A stretch of 29,866 nucleotides of DNA from Candidatus Thorarchaeota archaeon (GCA_020348985.1 CP070761.1:600388-630253), one strand, 5' to 3'; positions 1 through 9,624 are shown, numbered from the stretch's first letter. The notes: generated by a model from the letters alone, not told the origin. Made by a program: numbers and translations.

Positions 1-3000
1 CACCAGACTTGCGGTTTCACTTTCAAATCCATATTTGCTGAACACAAGCTGCAATTCGTATTCGCCAATTCCCTGCGGAGTTAGCTGAACGACGTACTGA
101 CCCGGGGATTGTTCCGCGTACGTCATCCATTGCGCAACTGAACCTGAAGCCGTTACTGAGGCAAGCGGGACTCCCGTCGTGTTGGACATGAGATAGTTAA
201 ATGTGAAATTGTAGGTCCTGCTGAAGATTAATGGCTCAAGCAGCACGATGTCGTTCACAGATGTGCTAATAGGAACGACTTCAAGCTCGAACTGCACAAA
301 AGCGTTGATGTGGTTTGATTTGTTGGCAGAGACTGAAACCTGCCACAATCCAACGAATTCTGCACAGATTCTCAGGTAGTAGAGATCCGTGAACTCTTCT
401 ATGGTGCAGTTCAGATTATCATCAGGGGTGAAGGAGACTTGAATGTCTGCTGAACTGATGTTATACGGATAGTCCGTTCTTGAATACATCAGGATTACAG
501 TATGTACTGAGCCGAATTGAACAGAGCCTGAGTCGCCTGAAGACACCTCTAGTTGAGTTGGAATTGCAGTAACTATGAGTGTGAATCCTACTGTGGAATT
601 CTGATAGTCTGAGAGCACGGCTCTGATTGCAATCTGAAACGTCCCAATCTGAGATGGGATTAGTTCTAGGCTGTAAAGGCCGTTCGACAGTCCGATGGCG
701 TCTTCGTGGGTCAGTCCCGATGGAAGATTGATTACAAGAATCTGAGCGCCGTCTAGTCCGGTTCCTATATCATCTCTGAAGGTTATCTGAACAGTATGAT
801 TCTGATCCACCGATACCGATGCACCTGGACTGTCTACGTTCAAAACCGTTGGAATCTCGGTTGAGGTGAGGGTGAAAGTTGAGATTTGAGTCACGTGATT
901 TGAGAGATTCGCCTTTACTACAACCGTGAACGGTCTTGCAGAAGATGGCGTCAAGAGAATAGAATAGAACCCTCCGCCCTCCTCAGTAGCATTGTCATAG
1001 AAGAGCCCTACGCTGGGCGTAACGTCAACAACTCCTACTGTGGCATCAATCAGTCCGAAACCTGTGCTGTTCGTATATTCCACAACAAGTCTATAGCTAT
1101 CACCCATCCTCACGAAGCCCGACGTGCCGTTTACCACTGAAAGATCAGTGTATATCTCGCCAACAATTATCGTAAATGTTTCAGAGCTTTCCTTGTGGTA
1201 TAACTGAGTCGCAGAGACTGTGACAGTGTATGTTCCTGACTTGGAGTTTGCCATTGTGATAGTATATGTGCCATTGCCAAAGTCTGTACCATTTGCGAAT
1301 GAGAGTCCGTTGGCTGGTCCCGAGTATTGAGCTCGTATTGTGGACCCTCCAATTCCTGTTCCACTGAGAAGCTCGTGCTTTACAGTTAAGGTGGTGTTTT
1401 CGTTCAAACCCATCTCGATAGGTACAGTCCCCACTCCCGGCAGTCTCAGATCAGTAACGTGGACTGATGTAATAGCAAACTGACAGGATGCGTCGTCATA
1501 GAAGGGTCTAGTCGCGTTCACGATGACAACGAAATGCCCTGCGCCCACTAGAGAGGTATCGAAGTCTGCTTCCCACCAGTTTCTTATGAATACCGGACCA
1601 AAAGTGACTGTTGTTGCAGACCAGTTGCCCTGGATAGTCGCAATTCCATCAACAAGATACTCTCCAGAGTCCGTGTCCACATAATACAGCATGTTTGTTA
1701 TTACTAGACCAGAATCCGTTTCGACAAGAGTCTGCAATGGTGTGAGGCTCGTTGCATGATACATACTGAAAGTGATGATATCAAATGCTACTTCAGTGCC
1801 ATTCGTCCAAGCTACCTCCGCAGTCCACAATCCTGCAGATGTATTAGTCGAGCCTAACGTCCATGAAGTGCTATTCACGACTCCGCTCAACATTCCACTA
1901 TTGGAATCGAAAGCCCAAACGGTCCCATTTGGAAGAAATAGTGTGAAGTTGACCGGGTCTGTCGCCGAAGGAACAGAGGACGGCGTCCTAATCTCTGCCT
2001 GTAGTCGAGTGCGATTCTCTGCCCGGAAGACAATGTTCTGAGACCACTCACCTGAACCTGAGTTGAACACCTGGGCTGTGTTATTCCAAGCATAATTGGG
2101 GGCTTCTAGCCTTATCTCCCACGAACCTACTCTATCGAGAAGACTGTTAGGAATCGATATCACCCCTGTAGAAATATCACACGACCCCGTCACATCGACT
2201 TTCAGTGGGTCCAGCACTGTGACATTCTCCCAATCCCAAGGATGTTGGATATCCACGGTTCTGTCATAGTAGCCATTTAACGTCCCAACATATGTGAAGA
2301 GCACCAAAGATGCACTCTCACCAGATGACAAAGTGTATGAAACACCGTGCTTGGTTGGGTCCGCAGTCCAAGAGGAATTGGTTTGGTGATGTTTCTGTAA
2401 CCTTACTCTGTAGTCGAATGATACTGTATTGTTTGACGTTATCTCGACCTCAAGGTAGTCTCCAGTCCAAAACGATGGGTTGGAGACAGCGGCTTGACCC
2501 ATGGTCCCTCCATCTACTATGGGCTCAGAAAGCACACCAGCATGAAAGACCAAGTCGACTGCCTCGTAGTCAAGTGGAGTCGTACTAACCAATGATATGC
2601 CGTCTAGAAAAACCTCTATGGTTTCGGCGTCTTCCCAACCAATGTCTTGTCCGTCACCATCGTAATCCGTGTTGACGTCTACGACTATGTTGCCGCCAGA
2701 GATGAGAAGCCCAATCTCCATATTGAATGTAGGTTGAGCCGAAGGGATATCAATCGTGAAGTTGCTTACTGAATACCATACATCCTTTGCGTCCAGGTCT
2801 AGCAGACTCAACGCGTAGGGTTGATTGTGAATGTTAATGTAAAGGAGGGCATCGCCTGTTAGCAGGAAGCCCGGATCGATTGGTCCTTTTGAATACAGAA
2901 AATCAAAGCTCAGACTGAAGTTGGTCGCATATGGACTATTGTCGATTGTGTGATTCCAAAGAATCCAGCTGTTCGCGTGATGCGTGAAATAGTCAAGATT

Positions 3001-3543
3001 GGGATGTGTGTCACGCTCGCCGTTGTTCTCAACAGTAACGTACTCTCCGATTTGGTTATAGGTTGCATTCTGAGTTTGGTCGCCTCCACTCGAATCATAG
3101 CTAGAGTTGGTCCAAGGTGAGACTCCATCTTCAAAGGTCCCGTTGAAAGCGTATAACTTCCTGAGATTCGTTAACTCGATATACGCTTCACTAGCAAACC
3201 AACCATCTCCATCGTCGACACTCAAATTCGTCTTCGTGTTCGTCCCTGTATCCGTACGGGCGGTGAAATTGTCGGACGTGTCGAATGCTGATAGTTCGAC
3301 AGTCACGGGCTCAAGGGTTCCAGTAAGAGAATAGTCAGAAGGAATGTGCGCGCCCCCAGGAGCCGACCGTCCTGGGTTTCTGGCATCAAGGGGGCTATTG
3401 ACATGAGGTCCAAGTGATTCCACGTCCGGTCCAGAGTTGACACTGTCGTATGAGCTGGTATTCGATCCAACACTTAAGGAGAGGGCAGGGTAAAGAAGCA
3501 ACATACAGACTAAGCCCATCAGTAACTGTCTACTTTGCCTCAT
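1..3543 (-). CDS. Large secreted/cell-surface protein with ~100-aa Ig-like beta-sandwich repeats (3' end runs off window, >1181 aa)
   Basis: ATG at 3543 reads MRQSRQLLMGLVCMLLLYPALSLSVGS (signal peptide). The frame is open in every block spot-checked, down to ...GFESETASLV at position 1. It is absent from the ORF track, consistent with no stop in the window. S/T/V/G/N-rich repeats (e.g. GDSYRLVVEYTNSTGFGLIDATV...GGGFYSILLTP...KANLSNHVTQISTFTL) carry many N-x-S/T sequons. Confidence 0.9.
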   Translation of the reverse strand, partial: MRQSRQLLMGLVCMLLLYPALSLSVGSNTSSYDSVNSGPDVESLGPHVNSPLDARNPGRSAPGGAHIPSDYSLTGTLEPVTVELSAFDTSDNFTARTDTGTNTKTNLSVDDGDGWFASEAYIELTNLRKLYAFNGTFEDGVSPWTNSSYDSSGGDQTQNATYNQIGEYVTVENNGERDTHPNLDYFTHHANSWILWNHTIDNSPYATNFSLSFDFLYSKGPIDPGFLLTGDALLYINIHNQPYALSLLDLDAKDVWYSVSNFTIDIPSAQPTFNMEIGLLISGGNIVVDVNTDYDGDGQDIGWEDAETIEVFLDGISLVSTTPLDYEAVDLVFHAGVLSEPIVDGGTMGQAAVSNPSFWTGDYLEVEITSNNTVSFDYRVRLQKHHQTNSSWTADPTKHGVSYTLSSGESASLVLFTYVGTLNGYYDRTVDIQHPWDWENVTVLDPLKVDVTGSCDISTGVISIPNSLLDRVGSWEIRLEAPNYAWNNTAQVFNSGSGEWSQNIVFRAENRTRLQAEIRTPSSVPSATDPVNFTLFLPNGTVWAFDSNSGMLSGVVNSTSWTLGSTNTSAGLWTAEVAWTNGTEVAFDIITFSMYHATSLTPLQTLVETDSGLVITNMLYYVDTDSGEYLVDGIATIQGNWSATTVTFGPVFIRNWWEADFDTSLVGAGHFVVIVNATRPFYDDASCQFAITSVHVTDLRLPGVGTVPIEMGLNENTTLTVKHELLSGTGIGGSTIRAQYSGPANGLSFANGTDFGNGTYTITMANSKSGTYTVTVSATQLYHKESSETFTIIVGEIYTDLSVVNGTSGFVRMGDSYRLVVEYTNSTGFGLIDATVGVVDVTPSVGLFYDNATEEGGGFYSILLTPSSARPFTVVVKANLSNHVTQISTFTLTSTEIPTVLNVDSPGASVSVDQNHTVQITFRDDIGTGLDGAQILVINLPSGLTHEDAIGLSNGLYSLELIPSQIGTFQIAIRAVLSDYQNSTVGFTLIVTAIPTQLEVSSGDSGSVQFGSVHTVILMYSRTDYPYNISSADIQVSFTPDDNLNCTIEEFTDLYYLRICAEFVGLWQVSVSANKSNHINAFVQFELEVVPISTSVNDIVLLEPLIFSRTYNFTFNYLMSNTTGVPLASVTASGSVAQWMTYAEQSPGQYVVQLTPQGIGEYELQLVFSKYGFESETASLV

Positions 3544-3643
3544 ATTGTCCGCCTCGCAGGGAGATTTGTGCTGCACATGATTCATGTGTCAGCTGGATCG
3601 TCGTATGGAATATACAGTTGAGAGGCGAAATTCTGCAGATATT

Positions 3644-4594
3644 ATGGTATCTATGACGGATTTGCAGCTCTTTTTTCGAGATTCGCCTGAAGCTTTCGCC
3701 GGAACCATGATTAGGGACGGGGCGAGTCACCCACTCATGCCAAAGAAAGACAAGACACGGAAAGTCGGCCCTGTGTATCGTATCCTATCACAGGATCTCT
3801 TCATAACCAGTTTCCATGCTGACGAAGTGGGCTTCCGCCAGGATGAGATATGGCGATCCAAGAGCAGACAGTTTTCAAAGGATGCTGACATCATAGGGAA
3901 GATAGAGGAGTCCAAGAAGAAGCCTGGCTCTAGAAGGCTGCCTCCGAGGAAGAAGACAGGTTTCATCATACTTAGGAATTCAGTTTGGGACGGCGAAAAG
4001 GATGAGCTCGCCCGCCGGCTTGTTGTGAAACTCTTCTCGAATAGAGGCGGATGGACCGCGACTATAGAAGAAATGGTAGCTGAGGAATTGGCGGTAAGCT
4101 ACAGTTCCAATGAACCGTTGCTTAGCTACTCAGTGGTTGTCAAGGACACTGAGATCGTGACCTACATCAGACAAGTCCGGCGAGGTGGGCTTTCGACTGA
4201 GAACTACTCTTTCTACATCCTCGGTCCAAAGAACACATTCGAAGTATTCAGAATCGAGGGCAAACGAGCAACTCTTGGGGATGATTTCCATGTAATCCGT
4301 CTGGCAACTGGTGACGTTGTCGCAGAGATCGATAGCAAGTTCGGTGACATAGGAGGCGAATTTGTCGTTTCAATCAGGGATCCAGTTCTTGCAGATAATT
4401 CCTGGTTCTGCAGAGTTCTCCAGTGTTTCTCTGTGACTATCTGGTACAGGGTCAAAATGAGGAATCGAGTAGAAAAGAGAATGAAGATGTGGGAAAAGGA
4501 GAAGTACGTGCCTAGGATGCATAGGCACGAAACCAGCCTCCTTGCCAATCCCAGAAAACTGACACTGAGCAGAGAGGAGTTTGAAGAAGTCTAG
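3644..4594 (+). CDS. Hypothetical protein, C-terminal half resembles Tubby C-terminal/LURP-one/scramblase beta-barrel
   Basis: 336-aa ORF; start uncertain (3605, 3644 or 3653). Pattern FRIEGKRATLGDDFHVIRLATGDVVAEIDSKFGDIGGEFVVSIRD followed by a hydrophobic helix (WFCRVLQCFSVTIWY). The CDS is secure; the fold call is tentative. Confidence 0.7.
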   Translation: MVSMTDLQLFFRDSPEAFAGTMIRDGASHPLMPKKDKTRKVGPVYRILSQDLFITSFHADEVGFRQDEIWRSKSRQFSKDADIIGKIEESKKKPGSRRLPPRKKTGFIILRNSVWDGEKDELARRLVVKLFSNRGGWTATIEEMVAEELAVSYSSNEPLLSYSVVVKDTEIVTYIRQVRRGGLSTENYSFYILGPKNTFEVFRIEGKRATLGDDFHVIRLATGDVVAEIDSKFGDIGGEFVVSIRDPVLADNSWFCRVLQCFSVTIWYRVKMRNRVEKRMKMWEKEKYVPRMHRHETSLLANPRKLTLSREEFEEV

Positions 4595-4605
4595 GTCTCC
4601 ACCAG

Positions 4606-5001
4606 CTACTCCTCTTCTTCCTCTGTTCTGAAATCAAGAGCTGCAGAGTTGATACAGTATCTCAGTCCCGTGGGATTCGGCCCATCATCAAAGACATGTC
4701 CGAGGTGTCCCCCGCAATTCTTGCAGATTACCTCTATTCTCCTCATTCCATGACTTGTATCGATCTTTGTTTCTACGCTGTTCTCGTCTGCTTTCTCCCA
4801 GAAGCTCGGCCACCCGCTCCCGGATTCGTACTTCGTATCAGATGAGAATAGGACGTTACCACATCCCGCGCAGACGTAGACTCCTTTCTCTTTATGGTAA
4901 ACGAACTTCCCCGTGAACGGGGCTTCAGTTCCACATTGTCTAAGTACTCGGTACTGCTCAGGGCTCAGAGTGAGTTTCCATTCTTCCTCGTTTTTTTCCA
5001 T
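4606..5001 (-). CDS. msrB: Peptide-methionine (R)-S-oxide reductase MsrB (zinc-binding type)
   Basis: Motifs [52 protein letters not shown] at 5001 is preceded by GGTGA. Confidence 0.97.
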   Translation of the reverse strand: MEKNEEEWKLTLSPEQYRVLRQCGTEAPFTGKFVYHKEKGVYVCAGCGNVLFSSDTKYESGSGWPSFWEKADENSVETKIDTSHGMRRIEVICKNCGGHLGHVFDDGPNPTGLRYCINSAALDFRTEEEEE

Positions 5002-5075
5002 AACCCTCACCAACTTAACAATTGAAAACTACATTGAAAACCTCTTCCATATGTACGTCCCTGAGCCCGAATGGG

Positions 5076-6035
5076 TCACTCTCCACGGTTCCAGGCATGA
5101 CAAACTCGTCCCCATGCTTCCTCGAATCCGAGGATCTTGTAGAATCGGTATGCAGGTTCGTTCGAAATGTCAACATTCATGCTCATCGTTTTGAAGCCTT
5201 GGTCTTCCAGCCTATCCCTGACTGCACTCATTAGAAAACGAGCGAGACCTCTTCGTCTGAATTCCGGATGTATGCCAAACTCCCAGAGATGGCCGTTGTT
5301 GTCACCATGTGTGCGTCGAACCAGGGCAAATCCAATCACCCTTTCATCCATCGATAGTGCCAGGGATGCGCTGCTCTCGAATGAATCATTTCTTTCGAAG
5401 GTTTGGTCGAAATACTCTCTCTGCATCTCCATAGGTCTCTCAAGGAAGCTTCTGTCACGTCCACTCAGAAATGCCTGATACCAACATTCGTAAAGCAGCT
5501 CCACATCAACATCTATGAGGCGTCGTTCATGGATGCCGTCCGGGATTACTGTTTGGCTCATTAATAGATCAGACAGCTTGTTTCGGAGATGTACAAGCTC
5601 CTCATACTGTTTCATGCCATTCCTCTCGAACAACTGACTTCTTGAATTAGCAGATTCATCTCGAGGAAACATAACCTCAAGTCGGTCCAGACCTTGTCTG
5701 TCGACGTATTCCACGGACTTAGCAACAAGTCTATCAGCAAGCTCTTCAGAAGGTGCCCGTTGTGAAACAACGGGAGTCCCTCCTAGAAACCAAGGGTTCA
5801 TCTCCACTAGCTTATCCTGTTCGAAATGTAGCAAAGCAAACCCATCAATACCCTGCTCAGATTCAGCAAGTATCACAACGTCGTTAGTGCCCCCAAAGCA
5901 GCTGATGAAATGCTCCTCTACACCCTCCAAGGTAGCATCCTTTGGAATGGTGCCCGCAAGCTGTCCGACTTCCATGATGAGACCGGAAATCTCGAGAGTC
6001 TCGATCTCCGCCAGGCTAAGAATTCTTAACTCCAT
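5076..6035 (-). CDS. Tandem GNAT-family N-acetyltransferase
   Basis: C-terminal acetyl-CoA motif GIHPEFRRRGLARFLM and NEPAYRFYKILGF. Degenerate N-terminal GNAT domain; 319 aa. Confidence 0.9.
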   Translation of the reverse strand: MELRILSLAEIETLEISGLIMEVGQLAGTIPKDATLEGVEEHFISCFGGTNDVVILAESEQGIDGFALLHFEQDKLVEMNPWFLGGTPVVSQRAPSEELADRLVAKSVEYVDRQGLDRLEVMFPRDESANSRSQLFERNGMKQYEELVHLRNKLSDLLMSQTVIPDGIHERRLIDVDVELLYECWYQAFLSGRDRSFLERPMEMQREYFDQTFERNDSFESSASLALSMDERVIGFALVRRTHGDNNGHLWEFGIHPEFRRRGLARFLMSAVRDRLEDQGFKTMSMNVDISNEPAYRFYKILGFEEAWGRVCHAWNRGE

Positions 6036-6384
6036 AGTATCACACTCCTTTGAACATGGGTGGGGAAGTCAATCAGTTCTGTGAAGACGGTGACTCATTT
6101 CTGCCTACTGGATCCTCTTTAGATGACCACACCACTGGGTTCCAGTCAAAACTAGATCCTGAACGTGGAGACAAACACAAGCCAGCCGATTCTGATAATG
6201 GTAGTCCTCAGACATTTCATGACTTCTGTCCACCTCCGTTCTCGTTCTAACCGTGGCTCTGGATAAGCCGTAATAAACCATTGGGAAAACGCACCGATTC
6301 AGAGTTAATCCTAGAGTGCCTTTTGGAGCTCTATGACAAGCAATAATAGTATACCCGGAAGCAGACAGAGTTGGATGTGCAAAT

Positions 6385-6846
6385 GTGACGAAGGAAGCGA
6401 TTCAAGATACGTGGCCCCACGAAGGAACGTTTTGCTTTGGTTGTGGGAAAAACAATGCGAACGGACTCCAATTGAAGAGCTATTGGGAAGAAGATGAGGC
6501 CGTTGCTTCCTGGACGCCCAAAGACTATCATCTGGCATTTCCAGGGATTGTCAACGGTGGTATTATCGCCACATTGATTGACTGCCATGGTACAGGAACC
6601 GCCAATGCGGCAGCCTATAGAGACGCAGGTGACTCGCCTGCTTCATTCATGTTCGTAACAGGATCACTTTCCGTAAGATTCCTCAAACCTACACCAATCG
6701 GTGAGCCGCTCACGCTTAGGGCTCGAGTCATCGAGCAAAGGGAGCGTAAGATGACTGTTTCCTGTTCAGTGTACGCTGGCGGAATAGAGTGCGCAACAGG
6801 TGAAGTGGTAGCAATTCGGGTTGATCAAACACGATTCCTTCACTAG
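6385..6846 (+). CDS. PaaI family (hotdog-fold) thioesterase
   Basis: CFGCGKNNANGL, FPGIVNGGIIATLIDC, SVRFLKPTPIG. Confidence 0.92.
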   Translation: MTKEAIQDTWPHEGTFCFGCGKNNANGLQLKSYWEEDEAVASWTPKDYHLAFPGIVNGGIIATLIDCHGTGTANAAAYRDAGDSPASFMFVTGSLSVRFLKPTPIGEPLTLRARVIEQRERKMTVSCSVYAGGIECATGEVVAIRVDQTRFLH

Positions 6847-6848
6847 CA

Positions 6849-7370
6849 TCACTCATATTCATGTAGTCGCGGGTCGATCTTTCTCCACTCACTATCTCTC
6901 TCAGAAAACGACCTTCTCTCTTCCTCAGTCGTGGCAACTACGTCGAACGTGCAATTCTCATCGCCACATGCCTCGCATGTCAAGTGTATCATCTTTGCAT
7001 TGGCATCCTTAGCCATCCACTTGGCCGCATCCACATAGCAGTAAAGACATCCAAGATCGAGTGCATCATGTTCTTTAAACACCTTGGCGAGAGTGCATCC
7101 CCGAGCATAGTACCTGCCCTCCTCATCTTGGCCAGAATCTTCATACACTCCAAAGGCCGGCAAGTCGGGCTTCCCCTGATTCACCCTTTCAGTAATTCGC
7201 TGACCATAATCCATGATTGCTTTCACTATCAGGTCTTTGCCTCTTCCTTCGCCCAATGCATCCACTATTGTCCTCGAGAATGACAGGTGAAGGAGGGCGA
7301 CTCTCGACATTGCACCCTCTGCCGCTGCAGCTGCTTCCCGGACGGTGACAGTAGACTCTTGACCCTTCAT
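6849..7370 (-). CDS. L-2-amino-thiazoline-4-carboxylic acid hydrolase-like (V4R/HNOB-like) protein
   Basis: GCTLAKVF, GCLYCYVDAAK and CEACGDENCTF Cys pattern; N-terminal helix DALGEGRGKDLIVKAIMDYG. Confidence 0.75.
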   Translation of the reverse strand: MKGQESTVTVREAAAAAEGAMSRVALLHLSFSRTIVDALGEGRGKDLIVKAIMDYGQRITERVNQGKPDLPAFGVYEDSGQDEEGRYYARGCTLAKVFKEHDALDLGCLYCYVDAAKWMAKDANAKMIHLTCEACGDENCTFDVVATTEEERRSFSERDSEWRKIDPRLHEYE

Positions 7371-7463
7371 AGCATTCCCGCCACACACGGAGTTCTGTAC
7401 GACTTCTCAAGTATATAGCCTATGCTTTATCAAGAGGACCTCGCATACTCCCGAGTGAGACGA

Positions 7464-7688
7464 ATGACCTGTTACTTCAAGAATTCTGGGATGACCGACC
7501 TGTTTGAAGAAATCGGAATTGAGGTAACAAATGAGAATGTGGTGCTTGTCGATGAGAACATTCACGATTTTCTAAGCGTCGATTATCCAAATTGTGCAGC
7601 CGCTTGGAAACTTGTACGCAAGAAGCTAGCCGAAGACGGTGAGGGATTCAAAAAACGTCTGCAAGAAGTCCTGTCCGAATTCGGATAG
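7464..7688 (+). CDS. Small conserved hypothetical protein (MTCYF...IH..L.VDY.NC...WK family)
   Basis: 74-aa ORF from ATG 7464. The motif layout resembles a small archaeal/bacterial family of unknown function. Confidence 0.75.
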   Translation: MTCYFKNSGMTDLFEEIGIEVTNENVVLVDENIHDFLSVDYPNCAAAWKLVRKKLAEDGEGFKKRLQEVLSEFG

Positions 7689-7723
7689 GAACTTCTCGCA
7701 GAGGAAGAAGATCCGCACTTGCT

Positions 7724-7906
7724 CTACGAATCCTCGTTAGTGGGTCGATTACTTCCACTATCTTCGTCATCATCATCGAGGTAGCGCTGGATTCGATAGG
7801 GTCCTGGATCTTGGCCTGTTAGCACGATCAGGATAGCTCGAGTCAGGGGATTCGCGAGGAGTTCCAGAAGCCTGTCCATCTCCTCGTCCTTGGCTTTCTC
7901 ACTCAA
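7724..7906 (-). CDS. Small protein resembling the N-terminal helices of ArsR-type wHTH, with acidic tail
   Basis: TTG start overlaps the upstream stop by 8 nt (alternative ATG 7879). LLELLANPLTRAILIVL matches the ArsR 'L..L.NP.R..IL..L' pattern. Confidence 0.6.
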   Translation of the reverse strand: MSEKAKDEEMDRLLELLANPLTRAILIVLTGQDPGPYRIQRYLDDDDEDSGSNRPTNEDS

Positions 7907-8693
7907 TGCCCGCAGCCTCCAGCTGCAGTGTCCTAGACCTCACGCGTGCCGTCAGCGCAATTGTGAGAAGGGTAGTGAAGATAGTCCCGAGGAGCATGCC
8001 CACCCATTGTAGTGAGTAGAGCGCGAGCTCTCCTGAGTAGGAAAGCAGCAAGAACAGGAAACCGTTGACAAAGGATCCAATCGCGAAGAACGTGATGATC
8101 AGAAATCCGTTTCTGTTGGGAGAACGAATCAGGAACCAGTTCAGCTGCAGAAACACCAGAGATGAGAGCCCAAGCTTCATTTTTCTGATTATGCCAACCA
8201 TCTTCCATGTTGACCTTAAAGCTATAACCAGCGCCGCGAGTCCCAGAGCAACCGATGGCCAGAACAGGGTCCAAGAGACTCCGTAAGTCAACACCGCTGC
8301 CACTAGGCTGAATACGCCTACAAAGAGGCCGAAGACAGTACCCATCTGGTACAAGAACAGATCCAGTTCACGCTTTGGACTCATTGACATGACCGCGGAT
8401 AGAACGCCGTACTGGTCGATTTTGACATCACGGCCTACCTGATCCACGAGAATCAGTGCTTTCTTTCCGAGGTCGGTTATCATGTAGTCTCCATTCAATC
8501 TCTCGATTAGTCCCGCTTCCGTGAGTTCTTTGAGATGGTAGTTGAACTTCCCGCTCATCAGTGACGGATCTAGACCGAGTACTTGCATTATCTCAGTATA
8601 AGTGGCAGTGCCCTTTTCTGAGATCTGACGCATTATCGTTCTTCGTGTTGAGTTCGACAACGCCTTCAATACATCTTCAGACGATGAGTTCAT
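7899..8693 (-). CDS. Membrane-anchored ArsR-like winged-helix transcription regulator (N-terminal wHTH + ~4 TM helices)
   Basis: VLKALSNSTRRTIMRQI...TYTEIM...SGKFNYHLKELTEAGLIER...YMITDLG, followed by four long hydrophobic segments. Confidence 0.88.
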   Translation of the reverse strand: MNSSSEDVLKALSNSTRRTIMRQISEKGTATYTEIMQVLGLDPSLMSGKFNYHLKELTEAGLIERLNGDYMITDLGKKALILVDQVGRDVKIDQYGVLSAVMSMSPKRELDLFLYQMGTVFGLFVGVFSLVAAVLTYGVSWTLFWPSVALGLAALVIALRSTWKMVGIIRKMKLGLSSLVFLQLNWFLIRSPNRNGFLIITFFAIGSFVNGFLFLLLSYSGELALYSLQWVGMLLGTIFTTLLTIALTARVRSRTLQLEAAGIE

Positions 8694-8764
8694 TTTCAGT
8701 ACCTGTGTATGACTCGGATTCTAGATATTTAACCGATTTTCACTAACTTTCTCGACAGGCATAA

Positions 8765-8806
8765 AACAGTTCTGTCAAAAAAAATTGACAGGCTCGCGCA
8801 ACTGTT
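8765..8806. promoter_or_regulatory. Nested inverted repeat, candidate operator in divergent promoter region
   Basis: CTGTCAA-A6-TTGACAG (8772-8791), flanked by AACAGTT (8765-8771) and AACTGTT (8800-8806). Confidence 0.55.
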
Positions 8807-8834
8807 GCCTAGATTCTGCTCTTGGAAACTACGT

Positions 8835-8852
8835 TTCGCTAGCCTTATCTTG
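8835..8852 (+). promoter_or_regulatory. Conserved upstream motif copy 1 (TTCGCTAGCCTTATCTTG), probable promoter of GTPase 1
   Basis: Repeated at 9607 and 10341, 81-89 nt before each GTPase ATG. Confidence 0.6.
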
Positions 8853-8922
8853 ACTGCCGAGTCCAGTCTTCCGAACAAGCAGACCTTTGTGGATGAGCTC
8901 GGCGACTCGGGGAACTCTTCTC

Positions 8923-9525
8923 ATGGAATACAACTGGCAATTCAAGACGGTTCTTATTGGAGATGGCGCCGTCGGGAAAACTTCAATTCGTCGCAACTAC
9001 ATGAAAGAGGGCTTCAAAACAACACATATTCCTACGATAGGTGTCGACTTCGCCAAGAAGCTAATCAACTTCTATGGTGAGATTGTCAGGTTCGTGATTT
9101 GGGACCTCGCCGGACAGCATAGCTTCGAGAGGGTCAGAGGCCATTATTACCAAGGCGCTCAGAGTATTGTCCTTGTGTACTCTGTTATGGATAGAGAGTC
9201 ATTTGACAACGCATCCAAATGGCTGGTCGAAGCCTACAGGCATCTCGGGAAGCTTCCTCCCACAGCGATTCTTGCAAACAAGGTGGATTTGCGTCAGTCA
9301 GATTCTGATGAAGACATTGTCACAACAATGGAAGGTCTGGAGTTTGTTGATTACTTCAAAAGGAAACTAGCTATCCCCGCCATATTCAGGGAGACTTCTG
9401 CCCTTACGGGATACAACATCAACGAGACGTTCAATGAGCTTATTCGAATGATGATGCGGAATACTGAGGATCCCCCTCCACTCGTAACAAGGCAGGAATC
9501 TCAGACGCAGGAAGAGACAGAGTAG
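8923..9525 (+). CDS. Rab-like small GTPase, paralogue 1
   Basis: G1 GDGAVGKTS, G2 PTIGVDF, G3 WDLAGQ, YYQGA, G4 NKVD, G5 ETSAL. ATG 8923 aligns with the paralogue starts. Confidence 0.96.
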   Translation: MEYNWQFKTVLIGDGAVGKTSIRRNYMKEGFKTTHIPTIGVDFAKKLINFYGEIVRFVIWDLAGQHSFERVRGHYYQGAQSIVLVYSVMDRESFDNASKWLVEAYRHLGKLPPTAILANKVDLRQSDSDEDIVTTMEGLEFVDYFKRKLAIPAIFRETSALTGYNINETFNELIRMMMRNTEDPPPLVTRQESQTQEETE

Positions 9526-9606
9526 AACTCTGATGATGACTCCAGAGGCTCAAGAAGACTCCTGATTTGTAGTTCTCGATTTCAAAGTGGGAATGCGCTG
9601 ACTCTA

Positions 9607-9624
9607 TTCGCTAGCCTTATTTTG
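9607..9624 (+). promoter_or_regulatory. Conserved upstream motif copy 2 (TTCGCTAGCCTTATTTTG)
   Basis: 17/18 identical to copy 1. Similarity continues through to the ATG. Confidence 0.6.

Noticed and set aside
1167-3730. Several short ORFs (65-92 aa) in the ORF track
   Set aside because: They are shadow frames overlapping the long minus-strand surface protein or the 3644 gene.
6036-6384. 350-bp intergenic region with 65-aa ORFs and weak hairpins
   Set aside because: No convincing coding signal, tRNA cloverleaf or strong stem; treated as a divergent promoter region.
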